Program-made: the position numbers and the translations under genes
Part shown: positions 8,103-18,700 of the stretch, in pieces
How positions within the stretch are numbered: the first letter of the stretch is position 1
Layout of the letters: every line of letters starts with the position of its first letter
From: Firmicutes bacterium CAG:582
Lineage (GTDB): Bacteria; Bacillota_I; Bacilli_A; RF39; UBA660
NCBI GenBank assembly: GCA_000435515.1
Contig: FR884182.1
Coordinates: 8,123 to 72,122, forward strand
Length of the DNA: 64,000 nt
Direction: 5' to 3'
The notes under the pieces: generated by a model
Seen by the model: only the letters and a program-made list of their open reading frames with translations
Database searches by the model: none
Told to the model about the DNA's origin: nothing

Positions 8103-10616
8103 CTATATTTTGAAATCTTCAATAAATTCCATTTTTTCTTGTTTTTCTTGCTCTTCTGTTTTTACTACTTTCTTTTTAGAATCATCAAAATACACTTTTT
8201 TGATATCAGTAAATACAAAGGCAGAGATAAATTTTTTCTTAGCAATTGATGAGCCAGTTGATGCTAAATCCATTATTGGAATATCGGTATTTTTAAGCTC
8301 TCCAATATCTTCTAACATCGTTAAACCAATTTGATCTTTTGCTTGAGTAATTAAAGCGGAAACAATTTCATAATTGGTTGTTTTTACTTTCTTAATTACC
8401 ATACTACCGCGTTTTGCACGAGACAATTGATCAAGTTCATTTAATTTAACACGTTTAGCTGTTTTTTGATTCGTGAAAATATCTAAATACTCATCAGTAT
8501 CATCATATGTTAAACCAGCTACTACTTCGTCATCCTTTAAGTTTATACCTTTTACTCCACTTGATTTTGAACTTGCTAAAGGAATCTCGGTAGTCTTATA
8601 TGAAATATAATAACCGGTCTTTGTAACAATCATCGTATTTTCTTTTTCATAGTCAACAAATCTGACTTCATCATCATCTTTAAGTTTAATGTATGTATAT
8701 AACTTTGTATATCTACTTACAAATAAATCTTTGATATTCGTACGTTTAACCATTCCGCACTTAGTAATAATTAATAGATTATCGTCACTGACATTTTCAT
8801 TTACAATAAATGAATTTAGTACCGAATCATCTGGAGAAATAGTTACTAAATTAGAAATATGTTTTCCTAAATCTTTCCATTTACACCAAGGAATATCATT
8901 AACAGGTACATAAATATAATTTCCTTTTTTAGTTAGTATGGCTATTTTGTTAATCGTACTTGTTTCAAAGATATTTAATGCATAATCTCCTGGTTTTAAA
9001 CCTGTTTCATCACCATTTGCTGAAGTGTATGATTTCATTGGCACCTTTTTGATATAACCATCATGAGTTAAAACAACCATTACACTTTCTTTGATAATTA
9101 AATCTTCTGCAGAAATATTGATTTCCTTAGCAGTTTCTCTAATCTCTGTTTTTCTTGGAACACCATACTCGCGCTTAATTTTACGAAGTTCTTCTTTAGC
9201 AACTAAAGATAGTTTTTCCTCGCTTGCAAGAATTTCTCTTAAGCCCGCAATTATTTTATTTAAACTTTCTAATTTGTTTTGTAACTCTAAGATATCCGTA
9301 TTAGTAAGTTTATATAGTTGTAACATAACAATTTTTTCTGCTTGAGCTTCACTAAAACCAAACTCTTTTACCAAGTTAGCTTCAGCGTCACCTTTATTCT
9401 TACTTGCTCTAATGACTGCTATAACTTCATCTAAAATAGATATTGCTTTAACTAATCCTTCTGTATAATGGACTTCTTTTAAAGCAACATTTAAATCAAA
9501 CTCACTTCTTAATTTGATTATTTCTTTTAAATGCGCAATATAAGCATCTATTACACCCACGATACCTAAAAGTTTTGGACGACGATTAACAATAGTAACC
9601 ATGTTATAAGTATAGTTGCATTGACAGTCAGTATTTTTAAGCAAGTAATTCATTACAAGTTCCTTATTAGCACCTGTTTTTAAATCGATTACAATTCTAA
9701 CACTAGCATCCTTATCAGATTCATCCCTAACTTCGGCAATACCTTGAATTTTGTTATCGATACGAATATCATCAATTTTTTTAACAAGTTGTTGTTTATT
9801 TACCTCAAAAGGAATTTCACTTATGACAATTTTATCTTTTCCTTTTTCACGGATAAATTCATATTTGCTTGAAATAACAACTCTACCTCTACCAGTTTCA
9901 AAAGCTTGTCTTATGCCTTCCGTTCCTTCTATTATCCCACCTGTTGGGAAGTCTGGCCCTTTAACTATATCTAAAATAGTTTCTAGTTTGCAGTTCGGAG
10001 AATCAATTCTTTTGATTACTGCATCTATTACTTCACATAAATTATGTGGAGGAATATTTGTTGCATACCCAGCTGATATACCATTACTTCCGTTTACTAA
10101 AAGATTTGGAAATTTAGCAGGAAGAACTGTAGGTTCCATTAAAGTATCTGAGTAGTTTGGCGCCATCTTAACCGTGTTTTTGTCAATATCTTTTAAAAGC
10201 TCTTCACTTATTTTTGCAAGACGCGCTTCAGTATAACGCATTGCTGCTGGAGGATCACCATCCATAGAACCTTTGTTTCCTGATATTTCAACTAAAGTGT
10301 GATTTTGTTTCCAATCTTGGCTCATACGAACAAGAGCATCATATATTGATGAATCGCCATGTGGATGATATTTACCCATAACATTACCAACTGCATTAGC
10401 ACACTTTTTAAATTGTTTGTCATAAGTATTTTTATCACGATACATAGCAAATATTATTCTTCTTTGAACTGGTTTTAATCCGTCTCTTACATCTGGTATA
10501 GCCCTGTCTTGAATAATATATTTAGAGTATCTACCAAAGCGTTGTCCCATTATTTCTTCAAGTGCAAACTCATGAATTTTTCCTATCACTTCTTCTACTT
10601 TCTTCATTTTATTCAC
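8103..10616 (-). CDS. parC: DNA topoisomerase IV subunit A
   Basis: RFGRYSKYIIQDRAIPDVRDGLKPVQRRI and YHPHGDSSIYDALVRMSQDW match the Gram-positive ParC type. No GyrA-box (QRRGGKG) in the C-terminal domain. 837 aa. Confidence 0.85.
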   Translation of the reverse strand: MNKMKKVEEVIGKIHEFALEEIMGQRFGRYSKYIIQDRAIPDVRDGLKPVQRRIIFAMYRDKNTYDKQFKKCANAVGNVMGKYHPHGDSSIYDALVRMSQDWKQNHTLVEISGNKGSMDGDPPAAMRYTEARLAKISEELLKDIDKNTVKMAPNYSDTLMEPTVLPAKFPNLLVNGSNGISAGYATNIPPHNLCEVIDAVIKRIDSPNCKLETILDIVKGPDFPTGGIIEGTEGIRQAFETGRGRVVISSKYEFIREKGKDKIVISEIPFEVNKQQLVKKIDDIRIDNKIQGIAEVRDESDKDASVRIVIDLKTGANKELVMNYLLKNTDCQCNYTYNMVTIVNRRPKLLGIVGVIDAYIAHLKEIIKLRSEFDLNVALKEVHYTEGLVKAISILDEVIAVIRASKNKGDAEANLVKEFGFSEAQAEKIVMLQLYKLTNTDILELQNKLESLNKIIAGLREILASEEKLSLVAKEELRKIKREYGVPRKTEIRETAKEINISAEDLIIKESVMVVLTHDGYIKKVPMKSYTSANGDETGLKPGDYALNIFETSTINKIAILTKKGNYIYVPVNDIPWCKWKDLGKHISNLVTISPDDSVLNSFIVNENVSDDNLLIITKCGMVKRTNIKDLFVSRYTKLYTYIKLKDDDEVRFVDYEKENTMIVTKTGYYISYKTTEIPLASSKSSGVKGINLKDDEVVAGLTYDDTDEYLDIFTNQKTAKRVKLNELDQLSRAKRGSMVIKKVKTTNYEIVSALITQAKDQIGLTMLEDIGELKNTDIPIMDLASTGSSIAKKKFISAFVFTDIKKVYFDDSKKKVVKTEEQEKQEKMEFIEDFKI

Positions 10617-10676
10617 CTATCGCTAATTATAACATAAGAAAATAAAAAAATGTCAAATTTTGACACTTTTTTGACA

Positions 10677-10967
10677 TTACTTATTTATGAAGTTCAATAT
10701 TTCTTCTTTTGATTGAAGACCTATCATCTTATTTGTTTCACTTCCATCTTTAAATAGAATTAAAGTCGGAATACTCATTACGCCAAATTTTTGAGCTAAG
10801 TTAGGAAACTCATCCGTGTTAACTTTTAAGATGTCAGCATCTACCGTTTCAAGTATTTCTCCCATAATTTTACATGGGCCACACCATTCTGCAAAGAAGT
10901 CTACTAATACACAACCTTTAGCAGTTAAATCCAAGAAATCTTCTTCATTTTTAAGATATTTTATCAT
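10677..10967 (-). CDS. trxA: Thioredoxin
   Basis: WCGPC active site in FFAEWCGPCKIMGEIL. The preferred start is ATG at 10967 (AAGGAA RBS); the ORF track extends to 10991. Confidence 0.85.
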   Translation of the reverse strand: MIKYLKNEEDFLDLTAKGCVLVDFFAEWCGPCKIMGEILETVDADILKVNTDEFPNLAQKFGVMSIPTLILFKDGSETNKMIGLQSKEEILNFINK

Positions 10968-11688
10968 TTTTATCGTTCCTTTCTTTTTCACTTAATATTT
11001 CATCAAGATTATTAATTTTCAATTTTCCCTTTTCGTTGAGTTTTTTTACGCTTTCTTCACTTATAACATCATATTTTAAAAGTATTCTTATCGATTCTTC
11101 ATTACCTTTAGATTTATCGCTTACTCCATCATATTTTAAACACACATCATATATATCCATAATTGAATTATAAACATTGTTAGTCATTTTAGATATAACT
11201 GGTGTTTTAGAAAGAATTGCTGGAGCAACTGTGGATTCTTTAAAGTATGGAGTAAAGAATGGAATAGATGCTAAAACAAATAAAATGATGAATGTATAGA
11301 TATAGTACTCCAAAACTTTTAAAAATGCACCTATTAATTTACTTGGTAAAGCTAAAATTATCGTTGCTGATATAAGTTTATCAATAATTCCAGTAAGTTT
11401 AATTATAATTTTTAGGATTGCTGATAAAACAATTAAACATATTATATATGAGATTGCCTCATAAAAAATAATATTTAAAGCGGCAATTCCTGAAAATATT
11501 CCTCCAAATGTATGAAATGGTAAGTTTTCATACATAAGTACACTTAACGGATTCTTTAAGTAATATGCTCCAACAAAAACAAATAAAGAACCAACCAACG
11601 ATACCGCACTTCTTACAAACCCATATTTGAAACCACGATAAATTCCAAATACAAGAATAATTATTATTAATATATCCAATATAGACAT
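10951..11688 (-). CDS. cvpA: CvpA family membrane protein
   Basis: N-terminus MSILDILIIIILVFGIYRGFKYGFVRS is typical of CvpA. Multiple TM helices. Divergent from rnhC, as in many Firmicutes. Confidence 0.7.
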   Translation of the reverse strand: MSILDILIIIILVFGIYRGFKYGFVRSAVSLVGSLFVFVGAYYLKNPLSVLMYENLPFHTFGGIFSGIAALNIIFYEAISYIICLIVLSAILKIIIKLTGIIDKLISATIILALPSKLIGAFLKVLEYYIYTFIILFVLASIPFFTPYFKESTVAPAILSKTPVISKMTNNVYNSIMDIYDVCLKYDGVSDKSKGNEESIRILLKYDVISEESVKKLNEKGKLKINNLDEILSEKERNDKNDKIS

Positions 11689-11807
11689 TTTTAATCCCTC
11701 ACTACTATTATACTTAGAAAATTCTTTAATATTCTAAGTACTTTAATTATAATATAATTTTGTTTAAAAAAGCAATTACTTATGATAAAATTTAATCAGG
11801 TGATTTC

Positions 11808-12764
11808 ATGAAACAACAAACTATCGTATTTAAAATATCGGATAATTTAAAAAATAAAGTTATAGATTTTTATAAAGATCGTGCTCTTCCAAATCATCCA
11901 CCCTATTCAGTATTTCAAGTTAAAGATTATGACTGTGTAATCACATTATATGAATCAGGGAAATTAATGTTTCAAGGAATAGGTGCTGATATTGAAGCAA
12001 GTTATTGGATGGAAGAAGAAAGAATCAACAATAATCGTAACTTAGAAAAAGAATTAAAGGATAAGCAAGATAAAAAGGATAAAAAAGCTGAAGAACTAAA
12101 TGATACTCGTTTTAAAAATATTTCAACTATCGGTTCTGATGAAGTTGGAACTGGAGATTATTTTGGACCTATAATTGTAACAGCATCTTTTGTGGATATA
12201 AGTAAAAAATCTTTTCTTTTTGACTTAGGAGTAAGAGATTCAAAAAAAATTACTGATGAAAAAATAATGGCTATCGCACCTACTTTAATAAAAGAATTTC
12301 CTCACGTTACATATATCTTGACTCCAAGCGATTATAATCGTTTAGGGATTACTAATATGAATAAAGTAAAAGCTATATTACATAATAAAGTATTGTTTGC
12401 ATTAAAAAGCAAAAACTATAACTATGATAAAATTGTAGTTGACCAATTCTGCTTTCCTACTAAATATTATGAGCATATTAAGGAAACACCAAGTAAGGTT
12501 ACAAATATTACATTTACTACTCATGCTGAAGATAAGTGTCTAAGTGTTGCGGTTTCAAGTATTATTTCAAGATATATTTTTATCAAAGAAATGAAAAAAA
12601 TGGAAGAGCAACTAAAGATGAAGGTTCCAAAAGGCGCTGGTGATATTGTAGATCAAACAGGTGTGAAGATTGTTAATAGTTATGGAATAGAAAAATTAAA
12701 AGATATTGCAAAATTAAATTTTAAAAATACTGATAAAATTAAAGAGTTCTTACAAATCAAGTAA
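11808..12764 (+). CDS. rnhC: Ribonuclease HIII
   Basis: N-terminal RNase HIII-specific domain, then GSDEVGTGDYFGP catalytic motif. 318 aa. Confidence 0.85.
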   Translation: MKQQTIVFKISDNLKNKVIDFYKDRALPNHPPYSVFQVKDYDCVITLYESGKLMFQGIGADIEASYWMEEERINNNRNLEKELKDKQDKKDKKAEELNDTRFKNISTIGSDEVGTGDYFGPIIVTASFVDISKKSFLFDLGVRDSKKITDEKIMAIAPTLIKEFPHVTYILTPSDYNRLGITNMNKVKAILHNKVLFALKSKNYNYDKIVVDQFCFPTKYYEHIKETPSKVTNITFTTHAEDKCLSVAVSSIISRYIFIKEMKKMEEQLKMKVPKGAGDIVDQTGVKIVNSYGIEKLKDIAKLNFKNTDKIKEFLQIK

Positions 12765-13679
12765 GAACTCTTTTAATGCATAAATTTGGTCATAACCACT
12801 TTTTAATTTTAAATCTAGATTGGATAAAGAAACAATTATATCTTTTAATTGATCAAGAGTATAAATTTTTCCATTTCTTTTTAATACTCCTACTCTTTTT
12901 GGATTAGAATATCCAAATAATTTTGCTATTTCTTCATCACTTAAACCATCAACAGAAGCACTCTTTACCATATAAATATTGGTAAAACTACTAGCAAGAA
13001 GCGCTACTATATTAATTGGTTCACTTCCATTTTTTAATAGAGTATCTAAATATTTAAATCCTAAATTAAAATCTTTAGCTATTATCGCATTTGAAAAAGC
13101 AAATGTTACATCTTCATCATTTTTTTTAGTGTTTGAAGCAACTAAATCATGAGTTATGTTATTGCTTAAATTAGAAAGTCTTTCAATTTCATTAATAGTT
13201 ATGTCTATATTATTTAAACTATTCTTATATATTTCCAATAAAGCTTCTCTATTTATACTTATATTCTCTTTTTTAAAATAATCAGTTATGTAAGTTACAA
13301 CATCATCTTCATTGTTACCAGTTAAATCAATAAATTTTACTCCTAAAGAAATCAGATCTTTTACAATTTTTTTAGATTTTAACACTTCATCATTGATAAA
13401 AATTACCATTGTCTTATCATCTAAATTGGATAATACATTTTTTAATTTATTACATTCTTCTTCATATGAAAAATTACCAGCAAAGTATTTTACGTTTTTA
13501 ACAATTATACATTTACTCTCAGAAAAAAATCCAAAATGTTGCATGCTTTCTATTACATCATCAATTGAGTCTTCCACTAAAGAAAAATTTTCAATCTCTT
13601 TATAGTCTTTACTAAGTTCTTTTATTTTATCATTTAAAAATGTAAAACTATTTGATTTAATAATGTATTTATTTTCCAT
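12750..13679 (-). CDS. holA: DNA polymerase III delta subunit
   Basis: 309 aa from MENKYIIKSNSF (ATG 13677-13679). Delta-subunit layout (FGFFSESKCIIVKN, ..NIVALLASSFTNIY, IYALKEFL). The first 53 aa of the listed ORF are antisense read-through of the tRNA. Confidence 0.75.
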   Translation of the reverse strand: MENKYIIKSNSFTFLNDKIKELSKDYKEIENFSLVEDSIDDVIESMQHFGFFSESKCIIVKNVKYFAGNFSYEEECNKLKNVLSNLDDKTMVIFINDEVLKSKKIVKDLISLGVKFIDLTGNNEDDVVTYITDYFKKENISINREALLEIYKNSLNNIDITINEIERLSNLSNNITHDLVASNTKKNDEDVTFAFSNAIIAKDFNLGFKYLDTLLKNGSEPINIVALLASSFTNIYMVKSASVDGLSDEEIAKLFGYSNPKRVGVLKRNGKIYTLDQLKDIIVSLSNLDLKLKSGYDQIYALKEFLLDL

Positions 13680-13728
13680 GTGATCCACCTTTAAAATTAT
13701 AGCATTTAAAATTAATATAATAAAGGAC

Positions 13729-13757
13729 TTGCAATAAGAAAAATTATTTGATAGAAT
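13729..13757 (+). promoter_or_regulatory. Sigma-A-like promoter for tRNA-His
   Basis: TTGCAA (13729-13734), 17 nt, TAGAAT (13752-13757), ending 13 nt upstream of the tRNA. Confidence 0.5.
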
Positions 13758-13770
13758 TAGATATGTCAAT

Positions 13771-13847
13771 GGCGAAATTGGTGAAGTGGTTAACACGCCG
13801 GATTGTGGCTCCGGTATGCGTGGGTTCGATTCCCACATTTCGCCCCA
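13771..13847 (+). tRNA. tRNA-His (GUG), encoded G-1 and encoded CCA
   Basis: Hand-folded cloverleaf. Acceptor GCGAAAT/ATTTCGC (7 bp). G-1 opposite discriminator C73, the His hallmark. Anticodon stem CCGGA/TCCGG with loop TTGTGGC (anticodon GTG). T-arm GTGGG-TTCGATT-CCCAC. 3' CCA. Confidence 0.9.
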
Positions 13848-13860
13848 TTGAAAAATTAAA

Positions 13861-13888
13861 ACTAAGAATTAATTTCTTAGTTTTTTTC
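13861..13888 (+). terminator. Rho-independent terminator after tRNA-His
   Basis: ACTAAGAA-TTAA-TTTCTTAGT followed by TTTTTT. Confidence 0.7.
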
Positions 13889-13986
13889 TTGCAAATAATA
13901 TCGAACGTTTGTTATATTTTTTTATAGGAACATCAGTTGTTGAGTGTCTACCTCCAATATTCATAGAGATGAGGTTCTTGATATAT

Positions 13987-14070
13987 ATGGAAAAGAAAGA
14001 TTTTTTAGTCTTAAGCTTGATCATTATAATCATTTTGTTAATAGCCTTACTCTTCATCACTTTGAAGTAG
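13987..14070 (+). CDS. Candidate 27-aa hydrophobic peptide (type I toxin-like); speculative
   Basis: ATG..TAG encodes MEKKDFLVLSLIIIIILLIALLFITLK. GAGG lies 13 nt upstream, which is long spacing. A plus-strand terminator hairpin sits at 14132-14169. Confidence 0.25.
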   Translation: MEKKDFLVLSLIIIIILLIALLFITLK

Positions 14071-14216
14071 TATCACCTATAAATAAAAACGACACTATCT
14101 GCAAAGATAAGTGTCCAACCATTTTTGGGTAGACATTCAACTTGTGAAAACTGAATGTTCCCTTTTTTTATTGTATGCAATATCGCATCTCTAAATACAT
14201 ATTACTACATATGACT

Positions 14217-14435
14217 CTATTTTTCAAGAAAATATATAGTTTTACTCTTTAGTGTTTTTGAAATTAATATCTCCGGAAAAATATCAAAAAATTCATAGTG
14301 TGTTAATATAAATTTGAAATCACGATTATCCAACCAATTAGAATTATATTGCTTTTTAACTTCTTCAAAACAACTAGTCCATGAATGTTATATATTCTCT
14401 AATAATATATTTGCCAATTCTTCTATTGTATACAT
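14217..14435 (-). pseudogene. Small ORF with strong RBS interrupted by an in-frame TAA
   Basis: AAGAGG RBS, then ATG (14433-14435), MYTIEELANILLENI, TAA (14388-14390). The same frame continues HSWTSCFEEVKKQYNSNWLDNRDFKFILTHYEFFDIFPEILISKTLKSKTIYFLEK to TAG (14217-14219). Confidence 0.25.
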
Positions 14436-14492
14436 AAAATACCTCTTATTCTATTTAAATTTATTATGTTATATTGTGTTTATGAAATTTTT

Positions 14493-15593
14493 TTACTCAT
14501 TTTTAGACCACATTCCATACCATTTTGATCCTTTAACATCATTATAGCCACACCATTCTGTGATTTGATAACCACTGTCTCCTGAAGTTGTAGCTGACCA
14601 TCCGATAAATGTATAACCTTCACGAGTGGGTTTCTTAACTTTTGCGCATTCAACACTTTCTTTAAAATGTGGCACAAAAATAGCGCCATTATTAATGACA
14701 ATTGTTTGATTATTTTCAAATTTTTTGTTTTTATCACCATTATACATCCAACCATCTGGTTCATAAGTAGTATATGATTTATAAGTTTCATATTTAGTAT
14801 ACTGATCAGGGTTCGGATACAGATATAGTACTCCTTTTTCGTTTTTGCTTCTTGACGCATTATTTACAGGAAAAGTGAAATTTTCTCCTTTGTTCATCCA
14901 ATAATCTTTATATTCTTTTGCATTCGTTCCATAATATAATCTAACTAAAAAGTCTTTCTTTGCTGTCGTAGTTATTGCTGATGTTGCTGTTTTAGCAGCG
15001 TTTATTTCTTTATTGTTGTTTGTTTTTTTTGACTGGGTTGTTTTAGTATTAATTATTGTTATATTTTTAGTATCTTCAGTAGTCGTAACTTTGGTAGTCA
15101 TATTAGAATTTGAAATATCATATTCATTTTTTGATTGGGTAAAGCTTAGGAAAGACCATATTATTAATAACACAACTGGAATAAATATTCTAAAATACAA
15201 TTTGCTTTTTTCATTTTCAAATTTTATAAAAAGCAATTTATACATAAATTTAAATAAGCTTAAAGAGAAAACAATTAACATTGTTTTGTTTAAAGTACTT
15301 ATTTCTTCGTTTACAAGAGAATTAAAAATCAAAAATGTTCCAAATACGTATAGTATAAAATCAGCAGCTATTGGTTCATCATTATGAGAAGTTGAAGCAG
15401 TTTCAGTTTTATGTTTGCTCGAGCATTTTTCACAATAATTTTCTGTTGCTTTTAATTTCGCATAACATTTCGAACATTCATAGACTACATCTTCTTTAGT
15501 GATTTTTAATCTACAATTAGGACAAAATTCTGAAGAAGGATCAAATTTTCGTCCACATGCTCTACATATTGCATATTTATTTATATTTTTCAT
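14493..15593 (-). CDS. Membrane protein with N-terminal double zinc-ribbon, TM segments, Thr-rich linker and C-terminal Flg_new (Listeria-Bacteroides repeat) domain
   Basis: CRACGRKFDPSSEFCPNCRLK and CSKCYAKLKATENYCEKCSSK. Hydrophobic helices. TTKVTTTEDTKNITIINTKTTQ. REGYTFIGWSATTSG near the C-terminus. Confidence 0.6.
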   Translation of the reverse strand: MKNINKYAICRACGRKFDPSSEFCPNCRLKITKEDVVYECSKCYAKLKATENYCEKCSSKHKTETASTSHNDEPIAADFILYVFGTFLIFNSLVNEEISTLNKTMLIVFSLSLFKFMYKLLFIKFENEKSKLYFRIFIPVVLLIIWSFLSFTQSKNEYDISNSNMTTKVTTTEDTKNITIINTKTTQSKKTNNNKEINAAKTATSAITTTAKKDFLVRLYYGTNAKEYKDYWMNKGENFTFPVNNASRSKNEKGVLYLYPNPDQYTKYETYKSYTTYEPDGWMYNGDKNKKFENNQTIVINNGAIFVPHFKESVECAKVKKPTREGYTFIGWSATTSGDSGYQITEWCGYNDVKGSKWYGMWSKNE

Positions 15594-15640
15594 TATATTA
15601 TCATTCCTCTACATTTTTATTATAACATGTTAAATTTAAA

Positions 15641-15671
15641 TAAAAAAGAAAGCAAGAAAGTTATCTTGCTT
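15641..15671 (-). terminator. Rho-independent terminator after the helicase-nuclease gene
   Basis: Minus strand reads AAGCAAGA-TAACTT-TCTTGCTT followed by TCTTTTTTATTT. Confidence 0.65.
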
Positions 15672-15726
15672 TAATCATAATCTAAATCTTATCTTTCTAT
15701 AAATTTCTTATAAATAATCGATTTTT

Positions 15727-18700
15727 TCAATTTTCATTGTGACTAATGTGATTTTCTAAAAATTCATTCAATTCTTTAATGATTTTATCAACTATTTTTT
15801 CTTTTTCATAATAAAATTCTGAGGCTCGTACCCTTATAAATTTCCATCCACATCTTTCTAGTACTGTTTGCCTTTCCAGGTCACTCTCTAACTGTTCTAG
15901 CCCATGATATGTGTCTCCATCACATTCAATAACGATTTTTTGATTAAAATTATTTTCTACAACAAAGTCTAGTCTATACTTGCCTACTTTAAATTGAGGG
16001 ATTAATTTAAATCCTTTACTATCCAATAAATAATATATATCTCTTTCAAAATTAGATTCAAATAGTTTTTCAGCTTCTTGTTGTTTTTCGTCGTTATATG
16101 TCATGCAATATTTTAGTAATTTATATCTATTGCATATTGGATTTAATTCTTCTAACTTAACAGAATGTACTAAAATCATTTGCTCTTTAGCTCGAGAAGC
16201 AGCAACATTAAATGATCTATTGAATTCTTCTGTATTCATTGCTTTAAAATTGTACTTTTCACCATTGCTTGTTATTGGAGCTATAAGCATGCTTAAGATT
16301 ATTACATCCCTTTCATCTCCTTGAAAATCATATGTATTACCAATTTTAATCTTACGCTCTTTTATAATCGAACTATACTCAATTCCAATCAATGAATCTA
16401 GTTTTTGAATATGTTTTGAACTATTTTGTAAAGAAATGATGCCTATTGTTTTATTATCATATTGATGATCATGAAGTATTTCTCCAATTAAGGAAACAAT
16501 TCGATTGATTTCTGCATCATTATAATATTGGGACCCACTTTTGGTTACGTATGCATTCGGAACATATTTCACCAATATTGGTTTTTCAATTGTTTCATTT
16601 ATTCCCCTAACTTTCAAAGGATTAATTTGCATATTATAAAACTCTTTATTTGAATAATGTATAATTTCAGGTAAACACCTAAAGTGTTCAGTAAGAGTAA
16701 CTTTTTTGTTTAAACAAATCATTTGAACAAAATCATAAATACTAGTATCTTTAGATATTTGATATTTCCAAGAACTATTTTTTAAATGCTTGAAGATTAA
16801 ATCATTAATGTCATCAACATTTTGAAAAGCGTTTGTTGGACTGATTTGTTTATCGTCTCCGACTATAATAATCTTTTTTGCGCGTGTTAAAGCGCTTATT
16901 GAAAATACTGATGATTGGGAACTTTCGTCCATAATTAATACATCAAATATCGGTTCATTGTCAAAAGGATACTGCTCAATCAACCTGTCTATAGGCATAA
17001 TCCAAACTGGAATAGCATTTTTTGCAATAGACATTTCTTCACGCATTTGTCTTAGAAGTATTTGAGCGTTCTTTCCAGTTCCTGCCCCTCGCTTTTTCTT
17101 TAATTGCATCCATTTACTTAAACTATTACTTATAGCTGGCGTCATTTTCTTACTTTGGTAATACCAACCTTGTGTTACAACCAATTGTTTAATCAATTCC
17201 TTTTCTTTTCTTATCAATTTTTCTCTTGTTGAATATAACTCTGGCAAAACAGATTCAGCGGATTCTAATGCTTTATAGAATTTATGAATGTAATGATACT
17301 TCAGAATATCAACAGTATTCTTTTTTAAAAATATTTTTTCCTCGTTTGTATAATTATATATATAATCATTTATCAAGTTACTTTTATCATTCATGAACTG
17401 ACCAAATATACTTTTTAAGGAATTATAGCTATTAATAATATTAATTTCTTTTATCAATTTGTTTTTAGAATCAATCAATTCAATCTCGTTATTAGACTCG
17501 ATTGCACTAATTACATTAGATAAATTTTGTAAATTATAATCTTTATAGTAAGCTCGTAAATCATTTGCATATGAAGAAGTTTTATTATTATTTATATTAA
17601 TTTCTAAATAATAATTCATATCTGAAATGATATTATTTATTTCCTCTTCAGATTTGTTTATATAATCAATTTCAAATAAATTTCTATTGACTAAAGTATC
17701 AAATATTTTGTCTATGCTTGTACATATTTTTTTGAAATCTAAAATTGTATTTAATAACTCTACAACTTTATTTTTATATTTTCCAAATTGTTTTTTATCG
17801 ATGTTCAAGCAACTAAATAAATCAATATTTAATACTTTTGATAAGTCGCTTTCTAATTCATCTACAAACGTTTGATAGTACAACCTTTGTGCTGCTATTG
17901 TGACCTTTTCTTTAGTTACATTGTCTTTTGAAAGTTGTAGACCGTTTATAGTTAAACCTTGTAACTTCTTTAAATACTTTTTTAATTTCATTTTGTCAAA
18001 TAATTTAATTGTTTCACTGCCATCATATAGATCTATAATAAGTTTTAAATTTTTGTGATATTCGTCACATTTTTCTTCTTGATATTTAATATCATATTCA
18101 ATCATTTTTTCTTCAACATTAAAAATAAATTCTTGTTGATTTAGTATTTTATCTCTTATATCAGCAATATTTTTGTTAAATACTACATAGTCTGAATTTT
18201 CATATAAAGTTTTTTTGTCAAAAACTTTATATAAAGTAGACAGTCTGTTTATATCTTGTTCTAATCTACTTAAAGTATCGCTGCTAATATTTTCTTGTTT
18301 AATGCATTTTATTAATTGAGGATATTTTGGCAAATAATTTTTAAATTTAATATTCTCATTTATCGCCAACTCATATTTGTTTGTTTCTAAAGATTCATAA
18401 ATGGGAACACATCCATTTAAAGCATATTTATTATCTCTTATTTCATCACAAATATTATCTAGTTTAGCAAAAAAGTCATCTAAGTATACATAGTTATAAT
18501 TTTCTACATCATTTAAAGAAATTACATCATATTGTTTATTATTATTTAACCAAACCGCTATATCCATGAGACTCATTTTATTATCTCCAGCAAAATCCAT
18601 CAGTTCATTCAACTCTGCACGATGAGATACAGTATCTTTAGCCATTAAATTGATTATTTCATGTTGATTCTGTTGCTTTAAAGTATATATTTTTTTTAAA

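Noticed and set aside
8103-10616. Calling the type IIA topoisomerase A subunit gyrA
   Set aside because: The N-terminal RFGRYSKYIIQDRAIPDVRDGLKPVQRRI and HPHGDSSIYDALVRMSQDW motifs are ParC-type, and no GyrA box is present. I therefore called it parC. No parE or gyrB is adjacent.
13680-13838. N-terminal extension of the holA ORF (MWESNPRIPEPQSGVLTTSPISP...)
   Set aside because: This stretch is the antisense translation of tRNA-His and its promoter. The real start is ATG at 13679 (MENKYIIK).
13869-14132. Two overlapping 62-63 aa ORFs (13869-14060 minus, 13944-14132 plus) in the post-tRNA gap
   Set aside because: Neither has a convincing RBS, and both have odd composition (very basic or low-complexity). 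The 27-aa hydrophobic ORF in a third frame fits the flanking terminators better, though it too is speculative.
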